A DNA stretch of 64,000 nt from Novakomyces olei (Eukaryota), in contig JADEYG010000003.1 in the NCBI GenBank assembly GCA_016906335.1, positions 992,001 through 1,056,000 of the forward strand, read 5' to 3'. Under the pieces are notes generated by a model. It saw only the letters and a program-made list of their open reading frames with translations. It ran no database searches and was not told where the DNA came from. The position numbers and the translations under genes are program-made. This document shows positions 1 to 12,122 of the stretch, piece after piece (position 1 is the first letter of the stretch; the number at the start of each line of letters is the position of its first letter).

Positions 1-144
1 GAAAGAGGCGGGTTTAGGTAGCAAATGAATTTATCCGTGTCTCTGGTTTTGCAGGATTTAAAATTGCGTGGGCTGCTTTATTTTTTTGGCGCAAATAGTG
101 CCCGCGCGAGAGATAGAAGCGCGTTGATCCTACAATACCTATCT

Positions 145-720
145 TCAATAGTACAAGAGCCGACTTTCAAGCCTATTGCACATGGGCCAGGATCGAAAGC
201 CAATGTATTGTCTTGAAGAATACCAGTAAAATTGGCATTGTAGTATGGGGCTATGGTCTTTGGTATCGATCTCAATAATGTCGAGTGGGACACGTTTGAG
301 TTGATAGGAAATGCACTTTATGAGCATAAGTTACTGGTATTCATAGAACAGCCGCACATGCTTATGCTTGAAAACCAATTTTGTTTGACGCACGCGTTTT
401 GATAGAGAGCGTAGATCACGCGAAAACTCACATGACCAAGTCTCTCAGCGGCAGAACGAGCCGAAGGCAAAACCGATTTTATCAATGGCATTCTGATGGG
501 GCGCTGTATGACTCGCCTCCGCCAATAGTAGGCTGTTTGCTAGCAATTCAGACACCGAAAGGGCCCGATATCTGTTTCTCGTGGCACAGCGACTACTATA
601 AAGAGGATTTCAGTATCGATAATGCGCCGTGGTCCACCGCGAGGTCCACCGCGAGTATGTGACCAGAAGAGCAGTGTGTGTTGACTGCAAAACAGTGTTC
701 TCGGGAGCCCAAGAATTTGA
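145..720 (+). pseudogene. Degenerate TauD/XanA-like alpha-ketoglutarate-dependent dioxygenase
   Basis: FKPIAHGPGSKAN, intron 205-243, then YGAMVFGIDLNNVEWDTFELIGNALYEHKLLVF...HAF* (stop/frameshift near 400). A different frame then gives RFYQWHSDGALYDSPPPIVGCLLAIQTPKG with the HxD iron-binding motif. There is an apparent internal deletion and no C-terminal half. Confidence 0.7.
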
Positions 721-820
721 GCTGCTAAGTGAGTTTTTGAGTGAGTTTTCTGTAAAGCTAAAAGTCAAACAACTGACACTCATGGTTGGATTGTCTTAAC
801 CGGTCAGTGAGTCGGCGAGT

Positions 821-962
<142 letters not shown>

Positions 963-1193
963 AAGAGGATAATAGATTCATATTTCAACACTTATATATA
1001 ATTGCATGGATAATAAATAGGCATTTAGGTATACGTTTACATGTGGGACAGTGCTATTCCATACATTAATGGAATAATAAAAATAATCTACTTGTCCGCC
1101 AACACAAACTACACAACGACGCGTGGCTTTTAAATTCCTGTGCGGCACTGCACTCCATTGGCTCCGGAATTTACTGCCACTGAGCGGATAGCG

Positions 1194-4100
1194 ATGAATG
1201 TGACCAAGAAGGATGAAGATGGTACGAAGATTGTTATTCAATTCGTTTACTAACGCCTCCCGCAGAGCCAAACACTTTTGCTGGACTGAACAAGGTGCAG
1301 GTGCTTCAAGATGCACGCATCTTCAATCAGTCAAACGTTTCGCTGCTGCGCTGCCGGCTAGTGCTGAGCAAGATCGCGTACTTGCTTGACACTGGCGAGG
1401 TCTTTGCACCTCGCGAAGCGACAGAGATCTTTTTCAATATGACAAAGCTATTTCAACATAAGAACGTAAGCACTAGAACATGAGGAGGAAGAATAATGTA
1501 TAAAAAACAACAAAACAAATCAGAAATGGAAACGATGAACAGTGAAATGGAAATGAAAATGATTAATTGATGATTGATGAATTGAATACTAAGTGATAGG
1601 AAAAACTGCGACAAATGGTGTACGTCGTGATCAAGCAAATGGCACTCGTAGCCGAGGATGTTATTATGGTGACAAGTATTATAATGAAGGACACTGCTCT
1701 GCCGTCGGACGTGCTCTACCGTCCCAATTCGATCCGTGCTCTGTGTCGCGTAATTGACGCGAGTACTGTTCCCGCAATTGAGCGTTTAGTAAAAACTGCG
1801 ATTGTGGATAAAAATGCGACTGTGTCTTCTGCAGCTCTCGTTTCATCGTACCACTTGTTACCAGTTGCTCGCGAAATTGTGCGCCGATGGGCAAACGAGA
1901 CACAGGAGGCAGTTGTATCTCCACAAGTCGGCTCTCAAGTAGCTACTACTCCTTACTTTGCTAAGCTGGGCTACAAGACTCCTCCTTCCAACTTGACTCA
2001 GTACCACGCACTGGGCTTGCTGTACCAAATGCGTCGTCACGACAAGATGGCTATAACTAAACTCATACAGCAATTGACTTCAAAAACTGCTGTTCTTCGT
2101 CATCCGTACTCGAACGCTTTACTCGTCCGGTTTATTGCAAATTTGGCTCATGAAGATTCAAAGTAAGCGCGACATTTTGTTTATATCAAGTAATGCTAAA
2201 TGCCACAGTGCACGACGTCCAATGTTTGCTTTGCTAGAGCAGTTCTTACGTAACAAGAACGATGCTGTTTCCATCGAAGCAGCCAAAGCTATCAGTGAGC
2301 TCCCGGATCTCACAGACGTAGAGGCATCCAGTGCTATCTCGGGTATGAACTTTTGATAATGTTAATTGTATTTACTTTTGTTTTAATTATTTTCAATTCT
2401 TGTTTTGCTTTCACTCTACTATGATTATTCTGCTATTGGACTATTCTATCAATGCTTTTCGCTTTCCCTTCTTTCGTGTTCTCACAAACACAGCTATGCG
2501 GTCTCTATTGTCGTCTCCGAGATACATCTCCCGTTTTGCGGCTATTAGAGTATTAAATCGCTTTTCTATGACTCGGCCGGGCTTAGTTAACGTGGCAAAC
2601 GAGGAAATTGAGAGCCTTATAACCGATCCGAACCGCTCGATTGCTACCTTTGCCATTACGACGCTGCTCAAAACGGGCAACGAGTCGAGTGTGGACCGTC
2701 TCATGAAACAGATTGAAGACTTCATGGAGGAAATCTCTGACGAGTTCAAGATTATAGTCGTAGACGCAATAAGATCATTGTGCCTTAAATTCCCACGTAA
2801 GCAGGCAAACATGGTGAAGCTTTTGGCGGGCATCCTTCGGGACGAAGGTGGATACGAGTTTAAATCCGTTGCAGTTGATGCAATCTTTGATCTGATCAAG
2901 TACGTTCCCGAAGCCAAGGCAGATGCGCTATCTCAGCTGTGTGAGTTTATTGAGGACTGCGAGTTTAATGTTCTTGCTGTGCGCATCCTTCATTTGCTCG
3001 GTGTTGAAGGCCCCAAAACTCCTCACCCCACAAAGTTTATTCGCTACATTTACAACAGAATCGTGTTGGAAAACGCTGTTGTCCGTGCGGCGGCTGTAAA
3101 TGCTCTTGCACGGTTCGGTACAGACTGCCCTCAGCAAGATTTGGATCTGCAAAACAGTGTCCGCGTGCTTTTGCGCCGGTGCCTAGACGATGCAGACGAC
3201 GAAGTTCGTGATCGGGCAGCAATTCAACTGGACTACCTCGACAATCACATGTCACTGCTTAGAAATGGAGAGGAAAATGATGGAAACAGCAATAAAAACA
3301 ACAATAAAAATAATAAAAAAGCTTCAGCGCTCGTGCCCTTTGTTGGCAATGATGTCTCCTTTTCTCTTCCCGCTCTGGAGCGAAGTCTTGTCATTTACGT
3401 GAGCGGAGACGCCTTTGATACTGCGTTTGATATTGAACAGGTGCCGTTGATTACAAGGGAGCAGGCTGATGCAGAAGCTTTGCTGACAAAAACTCAACAG
3501 ACTCAGGCAATAGCCATGCCAGTGAGCAGTAACGGCTCAGACAAAGCTGGAGCAGAATCGAGAAAGAGGGTCGCTGGATTGCCGGGCAGTTTATCTCATC
3601 TTGCACCACACAGCGCCTACACTGAAGCCCTCTCCAAGATTGCTAATTTTGCACAGTACGGGCCGATTGAGAAATCGTCGCTGGAGCCAATGTACCTGAC
3701 GGAGAGGGAAACAGAGTTTGTAGTGACGGCAATTGCCCACATTTTCAAGGAGCATATTGTTGTTCAGTTTGATATTGAAAACACGCTTGCTGATTCAGTC
3801 TTGGAGAACGTTTCAGTTGCCTGTGCTGTTGAAGACGCGGACGCATCTCAGTTACAGGCAGAGTACGTTCTTCCAGCGCCAACGATTCTGCCAAATACAA
3901 GCGGCAGCGTCTATGTTGCCTTTGCTCGTGTGGATCCTTCGATTCTTGCCGTCGCAGAGTTCACGAATGCCCTGCAATTTACCAGCAGAGAAATTGATCC
4001 TACTACCGGTGGCCCTGAGCCTGGCGATGAAGGTTACGAGGACGAATACCAGATCGAAAACTATGCACTTACCGCCGGAGCCTATATTGTACCCACCCTT

Positions 4101-4424
4101 GTCCCTGATTTTGATAATGTCTGGGAGGCATACGGCCTCGGATCAGAGGCAGCGCAGACCTACCTGCTTGACGGCCAGTCCTCGATTGAACAGGCTATCA
4201 ATAAAGTCATTGCCAGCCTCTCAATGCACCCGGCAGAGGGAACAGAAATTGCTGCCGGCTCTGAGCCCGTGCACACTCTGAAACTGTCGGGAAAGACGGT
4301 CAACGACGCCGCCTGTTTGGCTGTAGTGAAGATGGTTTACAGCGCCAAGACTGGAGTCACTATTAAACTGTCTGTCCGTTCGCCTGACACGGAGACTGCC
4401 CAGTTTGTAGCCGAGAACTTTTAG
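1194..4424 (+). CDS. SEC21: Coatomer (COPI) gamma subunit, 5 exons (introns ~1222-1265, 1466-1599, 2163-2208, 2343-2493)
   Basis: VLQDARIFN, TKLFQ, LLKTGNESSVDRLMKQI, LCEFIEDCEF and IRYIYNR motifs. GT..CTAA..AG introns join the frames. Confidence 0.95.
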
Positions 4425-5136
4425 GCTGTCTAGCGGAGATATTCACATTTAATACAAATGCCTTGATATGGCTTTGAGGCGGTTGAAAGAGTCAAACATG
4501 GTCTTGATGGCTATGGCGCAGGGGCCGTTTGTTTGCGTAGCAGTATTAGAAAGCTTACATAGCAATTCAATTGACCCTATCACGCATGTATAATGGACTA
4601 GATCGCACTATGAAAAGGATGGATGTACCCTTTGGAAACGTGCCAAAATATTGGCAAACTTTTTTAGTAATATTGTGGTAATTAATTAATAATAAATTAA
4701 ACTAAATGAATGTATTTATTTATTTATTTATTTAAAGTCATAATAATTAATTAATTTGTATACTACATAAAATGCTTGCGAATCCTTTATTTAGGAGTCT
4801 ATTTAGTTTGGAATTAACAATGAAATTCTGGTGCAGGGTATTCTGATAAATATATGTATAACGTATTTTTTATATGCCATTACTTTCAAATCACAGAATC
4901 TCGAATGAACAATAATTATTGGTGATTAGCGGCTTGCAGCACAAATAGCATTATAGGAACAAAAGGTCAAGAAATTTGTTGAGGTTATTTCAGGGCAGCT
5001 TCTGCAGTATCTAAATATTATTAATCGGTGTTTCAAAGGCCTTTCATATGGTTCCACATGGCATTATCAACATGTTTCTATATCGGTATCAAGGACGCGA
5101 TTTCGGGCTGTATTTTCTTTTAATAAAAGGTCTATT

Positions 5137-7448
5137 TCAGAGACTATGATTGGTGTCCGTAAATTTAGGTACCACACCTGCCGGAAGCGTAACCTTAAAC
5201 ACCAGAGCCTGATTGTCCAATGTGTATCCAGAGGCGTCTTTGTACGGAAACGATCCAAAGTCCATAGCGCCTACATTGATTAGTTACCGCAGTCAACGCA
5301 CAGTTCAAAATATATACCGTTTTGCGTAATAAAGTCGTTGTCGCTTAACGAAAACAGGAAATATTCGCCGTCCGCACCATTCACACCGTCGACAGGCACA
5401 AGCGCTAGAGATTCCCACTTTTCGTTAAGCAAATTGCTGTCTTGTTCTCCACCATTACGAACACCAAAGCGGGTCAGTTGGGAATTTAAGTTGTAGTCAA
5501 CGAAGGCACAATACGTAGCTGGCATGATTCCTGACTTTAGGTCGCCCGTATCAGGGTCCGCAATACTTTGATTTACAGCATCGTACTGTCCCAATAAATC
5601 CGTCGCTTCATTCACATCAAAGATATCCGCGTGGCGATAAATGCTAGTAGAGTCGTCCTGTCCATGGCCATGGTCGCTATCGCGCGCAAGGATAAGAAAT
5701 TGTCCATCCGAAACATAAAGAATTTCCGACTGAGCCGCAACGTACGGGTTCTTCTTTTTGGATTTTGTAGGCTGTATCAAATCAATATACATGCGGAAAT
5801 ACAAAATCATACTAAAGAAAACTGTGAATTTTTGCACATACATCAGTATACAAGGGCAGCGGAACCACCCATTCGTTGACAAATGCTTTTTGCGCGATAC
5901 TATACTTCAATAGGCGTGCATTTCCTGAATTGGTGTTAATGCAAATCTCCTGTAAAACAATTATATACTCCTCGCAGATTTTGCGCCCAGGTTGCCTTCC
6001 TGGTCGAGAGCCGACTGAATCAGCACGTACAAGTCAGTGCCGTCGCCGCTCAGACCCTCGAAGCCTTGGTTGTTTGCGCGGCCAGAATAAGGACTGCTTG
6101 GAACCACTGTTCTGTTCAGATCGAAGACTGGTGCAGAATCCGCCGAAAGACTGAGGATGTTTTAGATGTAAGCGTTTTAGAATGTATTAGGTTGGACTAA
6201 CCTTTCTGTGCCATTGCGGTAGGGTATGAAAGCCTCTGGTGGTCGAATAGCGTCGACCATGCGACCAGACGTGTCAAAATGATATATGTACGGTCCATAT
6301 TCGTCTGAAATGTAGAAACTTCCGTCAGAATTGAGCACGAGACCTTCTGCATCGAGAGGAATTCGTCGGCCGCCGGGGCCTGCTCCACCAAAGCCATCAC
6401 CTGGATAAGTAGCGATAGGTAGGTCCGGGAACCCTTCAAGCGAAAGGTGTCCGCTCGCGTCACCGTCGATACCAGTTACAGGTGTTCCATCGGGGCCTGC
6501 GTCAGATTAGCCTTGTTTATAGATAGATACTTCTGGATTACCGGTAAGCAGAATACTGTCGAGATACAATAAATTCAGATTGGGTCCAGATGGATTGGCT
6601 ACAGTGGCGGAATCATTCGGAGTAAGCAGAATGCCAAATTTATGCACACGGCCCTGAAAATTAAGTGTGCCAAGCGTGTTCTAAAAGATTGTCAGCAAAA
6701 GAGTAAGTACACTTTAGCTAGCAAAATGTTTTTCTCTCCATCCTACCCAGCCACGGTCGGGAATGGCCCATAAGATTCCGCTGTAGGATCCATTTAAGTG
6801 CCTTTTCCACGAGGAATGTTCAATGGCAATTGAACTGCCATAGCCGCCCAGTGTATCGCCAAATTTATCTTTGGCATTACCACTCACAAAGCCGTAACCG
6901 GCAAGCGCATTGTAAGCGTAGGTCTTGCCATTGCAGACTGTTGTGTTGACAGCTGCAGAAGAAGTTGTAGTTGTGGAAGACGCTGTCGTCGAATTTGCAT
7001 AATAAAAGCCAGTTACAGAGCTTGTAGCATAACTAGTGAGGCCGTTGCCATCACTGGAACCGCCATCATTTTCGTTGGGCAGACTTGCGATAGGTAAGCT
7101 GTTCCCTCCACTGGCACTGCCGCTCCTGCGAATGCTGCCCGCAGTGACGGAAGGATAAGCGCTCCCGGTAGTATATTCGGCCGGACTCGAGTATGCAGCA
7201 GAAGGAAAAAGTACGGTTGAGCGTTCAAGTGTTATCGTCTGGTACACAGTACTGTACACTGTCTCAGTAACGGCATACTCACCTTTGTTGCCATTGCCAT
7301 TGCCATTGCCATTGCCATTGCCATTGCCATTGCCATTGCCATTGCCATAGATGTAGTGTGTCACTGTCGCATGCTCACAGCTGTAAGGAGCTGCATGAGT
7401 AGGCACGCTGAGCAAGAGACCCACGGACAGTTGCCAGAGCCCACGCAT
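5137..7448 (-). CDS. Secreted phytase-like/esterase beta-propeller protein with S/T-rich and Gly-Asn N-terminal region; several introns
   Basis: Signal peptide MRGLWQLSVGLLL. Motifs DKFGDTLGGYGS, WAIPDRGW, SDEYGP, LNEKWESLAL and SDNDFITQ resemble the phytase-like domain family. Confidence 0.75.
7288..7347 (-). repeat. (GGCAAT)n coding hexamer repeat encoding ~10 Gly-Asn units
   Basis: ttgcca repeats on the + strand. Confidence 0.95.
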
Positions 7449-7484
7449 TTTTGCAATATGGCCCGAATGCTCAGCAGCTGCCGA

Positions 7485-7618
7485 TATATATACTAGAAGG
7501 TTTCCTGTGCGTCACATGCAGGTTTTGCTATGTACACTAATTCCTATTGACAGTCAAAACAAATCACTACTTTTGCAGTTTGGCATGTGCACGTGCCACA
7601 TAATATACCGTCCACGTG
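7485..7618 (-). promoter_or_regulatory. TATA-like element plus two CACGTG E-boxes upstream of the phytase-like gene
   Basis: TATATATA ~7485-7492; CACGTG at 7590 and 7613. Confidence 0.45.
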
Positions 7619-8152
7619 TCAGTTACGGAGAATGCTCATTGCGTACGCCCTTCGGCAACTGCTCCCCAACTCGAATGCCGAGTGAATAAGCGGGACATAC
7701 GGGCATTTCCATGCCGAATATGCCGAGTCACACATCACGCCGCCCACTACTTGCTGCTTCCTTTGGCAAGAACTGACCTTTATTACATATTGTAAATTCA
7801 TGTCTACAGACGGGGATCTAGTCAAACTATAATACTCCCTGCAGATATTACTTCCAAAATCTATAGAGAAATATATTTAGCGAGACAAATAGAAATATAT
7901 AAATTCATATTTGAGGAGGGTTAGGGTTAGTTTGACTAATTTAAGAAAGATTTCTACCTACAAGTGCCAGAGACATTATTTTATATCTGTCGGGATATAG
8001 TTAGTCTAGCCATAGCAAGTCAATAATTATATACAGGCCTATGTAATGAACACACCTCATTTACTACTGCTCATATAATTGTCATACAATTCAAGAGTAC
8101 GCTAATAAATAAATCTATAATCGAGATACGAGTCACTTACGCAACCAGCAGC

Positions 8153-8472
8153 ATGTCGTCAGAAACGCCAAAGAGCGACGCGACGCGGCCGCAGACAAAT
8201 GAATCAAAAGACATAGAAACAGACGCCAAAAAATCTGCAGAAGAGACTATTCCTAGTTTGGGTTTGGAAGAGGACGACGAATTCGAAGATTTTCCAGCGG
8301 AAGGTACGTTGTAAGCATGAATCATGATTGGGCTAATGGGCCACGTTCAGACTGGAACAAGGAAGATACCGATATTGGCGTAAGCAAAGACCAGCTGTGG
8401 GAAGAAAACTGGGACGATGATGACCAGGACGACGATTTTAGTGCGAAATTGAAGCAAGTTTTGGAGAAATAA
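8153..8472 (+). CDS. SEM1: 26S proteasome lid subunit Sem1/Dss1 (intron 8304-8350)
   Basis: LEEDDEFEDFPAE|DW...LWEENWDDDDQDDDFSAKLK; missed by the ORF track. Confidence 0.93.
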
Positions 8473-8848
8473 ACCGGTACAAAGCACGGCATTGATCTTG
8501 GAAACAAGGCTGATCTTGGAAGCAAGGAGCGGCAATCACCAACGCTGACAAGAGTTTATAGTTCGAATTTCTCGGTAGCTATAAAGTTAATTGTTTGGCA
8601 GTTTATCGGTTTAGTCTTTGTGAATATACGAAACATGTGCCAAATGAAGAGGCATAGAGCCTTTATCAACTCACATACAGTTTAATTGCTTGAACCGAAC
8701 TATTACCAGCTATTGAGACCTACAAAAGTGGCACACTGCCTATACTCGTACACCGACTCTACCGTCTTTATCGCGCTGTTTTCCAAACGCCATCGTGTAT
8801 CAGTCCCAGTAATCAACTGCAAGATGGGTCTATAAAGTTATCCATACT

Positions 8849-9446
8849 CTAACGTAGCAATAACTGCAGCTGCTCATTAAGTAGGGCGACGGTCGTTTCA
8901 AGCCCGCTGTATGGTTCCATTTTCTTAATTTGCTCTCGCTGCTTATGTCTTGCCAAAAAGATCCTGTAATTAGCTCGTCATAAAACAATTGTAAAATAAA
9001 TTAATAAATTGAAAAGAAACCCAAGACTTACGGAACATCAAAGCGGCGATGGTACTCGACGCGACAAAGATTCTCTACTATGCTCCGCGCAGCATGGTCA
9101 GAACGTGCTGCCAGCTCGAGGAACTCTAGAGTTGCGTCGACTAGATTTAGCAAACGACCGTTAAACGTTACTATAACCTAGAAACCAGGCAAAACCCACT
9201 TTGATGCTCGAAAGGAGTGCTTTTCTCTTGAAACGCAGCTTTAAGCTTATCTCGAGCAACAAGACGTTGCGGCAGACGATAACGAACGGAGAGACGACAT
9301 AACCGTAGCATTCGTCGATAAAGGCCTTTTACTGTAAAAGTTCCGAACCGCGTGGCCACTGTTGTTCTTCCATTACTGAAGGCCACCGTTCTTTGCACAT
9401 TTTGGCCATTTATAAAAGGGTGAATGAACCGTTGAGCGCTCACCAT
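8849..9446 (-). CDS. LYR-like/DUF1763-type small mitochondrial protein, 3 exons
   Basis: LYRRMLRLCRLSVRY..RDKLKAAF | VDATLEFLELAA..VENLCRV | ..LLNEQLQLLLR*. Confidence 0.6.
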
Positions 9447-9493
9447 TGCCTAAAAGGCAAAGCTCATGTTTGACGTCTGTAAATATTCAATTA

Positions 9494-9848
<355 letters not shown>

Positions 9849-9889
9849 CGCAATCTGTCACATGGCATAAGAGCCGTCGCATTGCCAGC

Positions 9890-11548
9890 ATGACGGACTC
9901 TGTACCCGGTGCGTTTCCCGACGAGGCGATTAATGACAGCAAAGAAAACATTACATCAACTCCATCTGATGCGCCAACTGACGCTCAAGGCGCAAAAATC
10001 GTAGACGATGAGATTACGCGGCTGCGCCAGTCCCTTGACGAAGCTCGTAGGGAAATTGAAGTGTTTCGCTCCCGAGTTTCGAGCGGAGAATTGGTGGCAA
10101 AGAGCGATACTGAAACAGAGCAAGCAAAGTTTCGTAGTGACCTAAACAGGGCCATGCTCGAAAAAGCACAGGCTCAGAAGGATCTACGGTCACTGCAGCA
10201 GGTAAGAATTAGCCAAATAGTGGAGCAGACAAAAGACTGGAGTCCAACAAGAGAAAGCAAAAATTAAACATCAAAAAATAAAAAATAAAAAATAAAAATA
10301 AATGAAACAAAACAGAATAAAAGAGACTTGACAAAAATCCAACAAAAAAAGGACGCAAAACAAGTGGCAGTGTAAACCTTTAGTACAGCAGCAACTAACA
10401 GCGCAAAGGAACTTGAATTGCTGACGGCGGACGTCTTTGAGGAGGCAAATAAGATGGTATCCGTAGTACAGCGGGAGAAAGAGCAGTTACGGCTACAGTC
10501 TGAGGATTTACGGAATATAATAACGTCACGGGAGGCAGAGTGCAACGCCCTCAAAGGCATAATACAGGACATGGACTCAAAGAGCGAAGAAGGGTCAAAT
10601 ATAGCGACGGCCAGTGACGTTCAGCAGACAATTCAGCCTGGAAAGTTATCAAAGGACGCATTAATAAGTCTGTTGGAAAAGTGCCGTGAATCCGAGGAGG
10701 CACGTGAGGCGTCCACTGGACGCGAGGCCGATCATTCGTCCCTTGTCTTTCTGGTTTCACGGTTGCTAAGGTCTGCATCGACTCTAGTACAGTCTTCACA
10801 GTACAGTGACTTTATGCAGCTGGTGCGCACTCCTCAGTCGGGCGGCTACAACAAGCCGAGGCCAGTTAAATCTGCTACTATAGGTGAGGCCGCCACGCCC
10901 ATCGGGCAAAGCACACCCGTGGCAAGAGGCCCACTCATGTCGCCCGTGTTTAATAGTGGAGGGCCCCCATCGAGCCCGGTGAACCAAAGCCCCAATGCCA
11001 CGTGGACAAGTAACAGTCCAGCGGTGGGAGCGGCAGGCTCAAACCTGGCAACAGCGATCATTTCGCTGAAGGATACTCGGTTCGGCAGACGGTGCATTAC
11101 TGAAGAAATTGACCCAACAATCCGGCTAGACTCCTCCTCATTGAGCTACTGGACACGTAGCAAAGTGCACACGGCTATTCTTGAAGGCAATCTAATAATT
11201 GAGCCAGTATCTGCACGGAACCCGTCGACATTGCAAGAGTGTACAATATGCCAAGATTTCCCGAAACCCAAATTTCCCTGGCAGTACGGGTTTCGGAGGA
11301 ACCGGCCCGATGCCGATATTTACGCAATTTGTCCCAACTGCTTGCAGAGGCTGAGGGCAGCTGGAGATTTTATTACGTTTCTACGACAGATCAGGGAGGG
11401 TTACTGGAATACAAACGGGGCCCCGTCGGATAGCGACGAAGTAGCAGCATCAGAGACACAGCAGGAGAGCAAAATATGGGAGGAGTGTACACGGCTACGG
11501 CTTTGCATGGCTCTCGCGCGGTGGGGATTACTGCCACGGCAGAGTTAA
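9890..11548 (+). CDS. SEC2: Rab (Sec4) GEF Sec2 (intron 10202-10408)
   Basis: ELELLTADVFEEANKMV Sec2 coiled-coil motif; C-terminal CxxC pairs and WEECTRLR. Confidence 0.85.
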
Positions 11549-12122
11549 CGCCACATGCATTATAATACATAGATTACATGCCAAAGAAGGCTGCTTTTAT
11601 GACGGTTTCCCGAGGGAGAGGAGGGCCGGATACATGTTTCTACATTGCTATCAATATTAGGAGAGGAAGGACTAATATATAAAATAATATAAAATAAGAA
11701 AGACAAGATAGTATGAGATTGAATCAGTACCAATGGGAGGGATAGGAAGAGCGGGTGTAAGCGCTGGCGCAAGGCCCAGGCGGTATTTATTTCGCCTATG
11801 ACAAATGTTTAAGGCTTTGTTTCAAGTATAAAGATATACTTCAATTTCGTTATGACCTACATGCACTATTCTTGTCCTCTTACCATGCACATTTGCCCAC
11901 AAAACTGGTCGATTGTAGTTGGCGTTTTATGTCATCAATCAAACACAGTTGTCTGCTATATTTTTCATTTAAATTGCAAGTTTACTGGTTTCAATCCCAA
12001 CTAACCCTAACCCTGGTAAAAATACAGCTTTAACCCAGCTTTTTCCAAACTCAAACCCAGTCCCCAAATTTTTCATCTTTTTAAAGTCATCGTCGTCGTC
12101 TAAAAAACGTCTTTTTACATAT

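Noticed and set aside
12001-12014. CTAACCCTAA as a telomerase RNA template or chromosome end
   Set aside because: Only ~2 units, with many equivalent copies across the window; nothing singles one out
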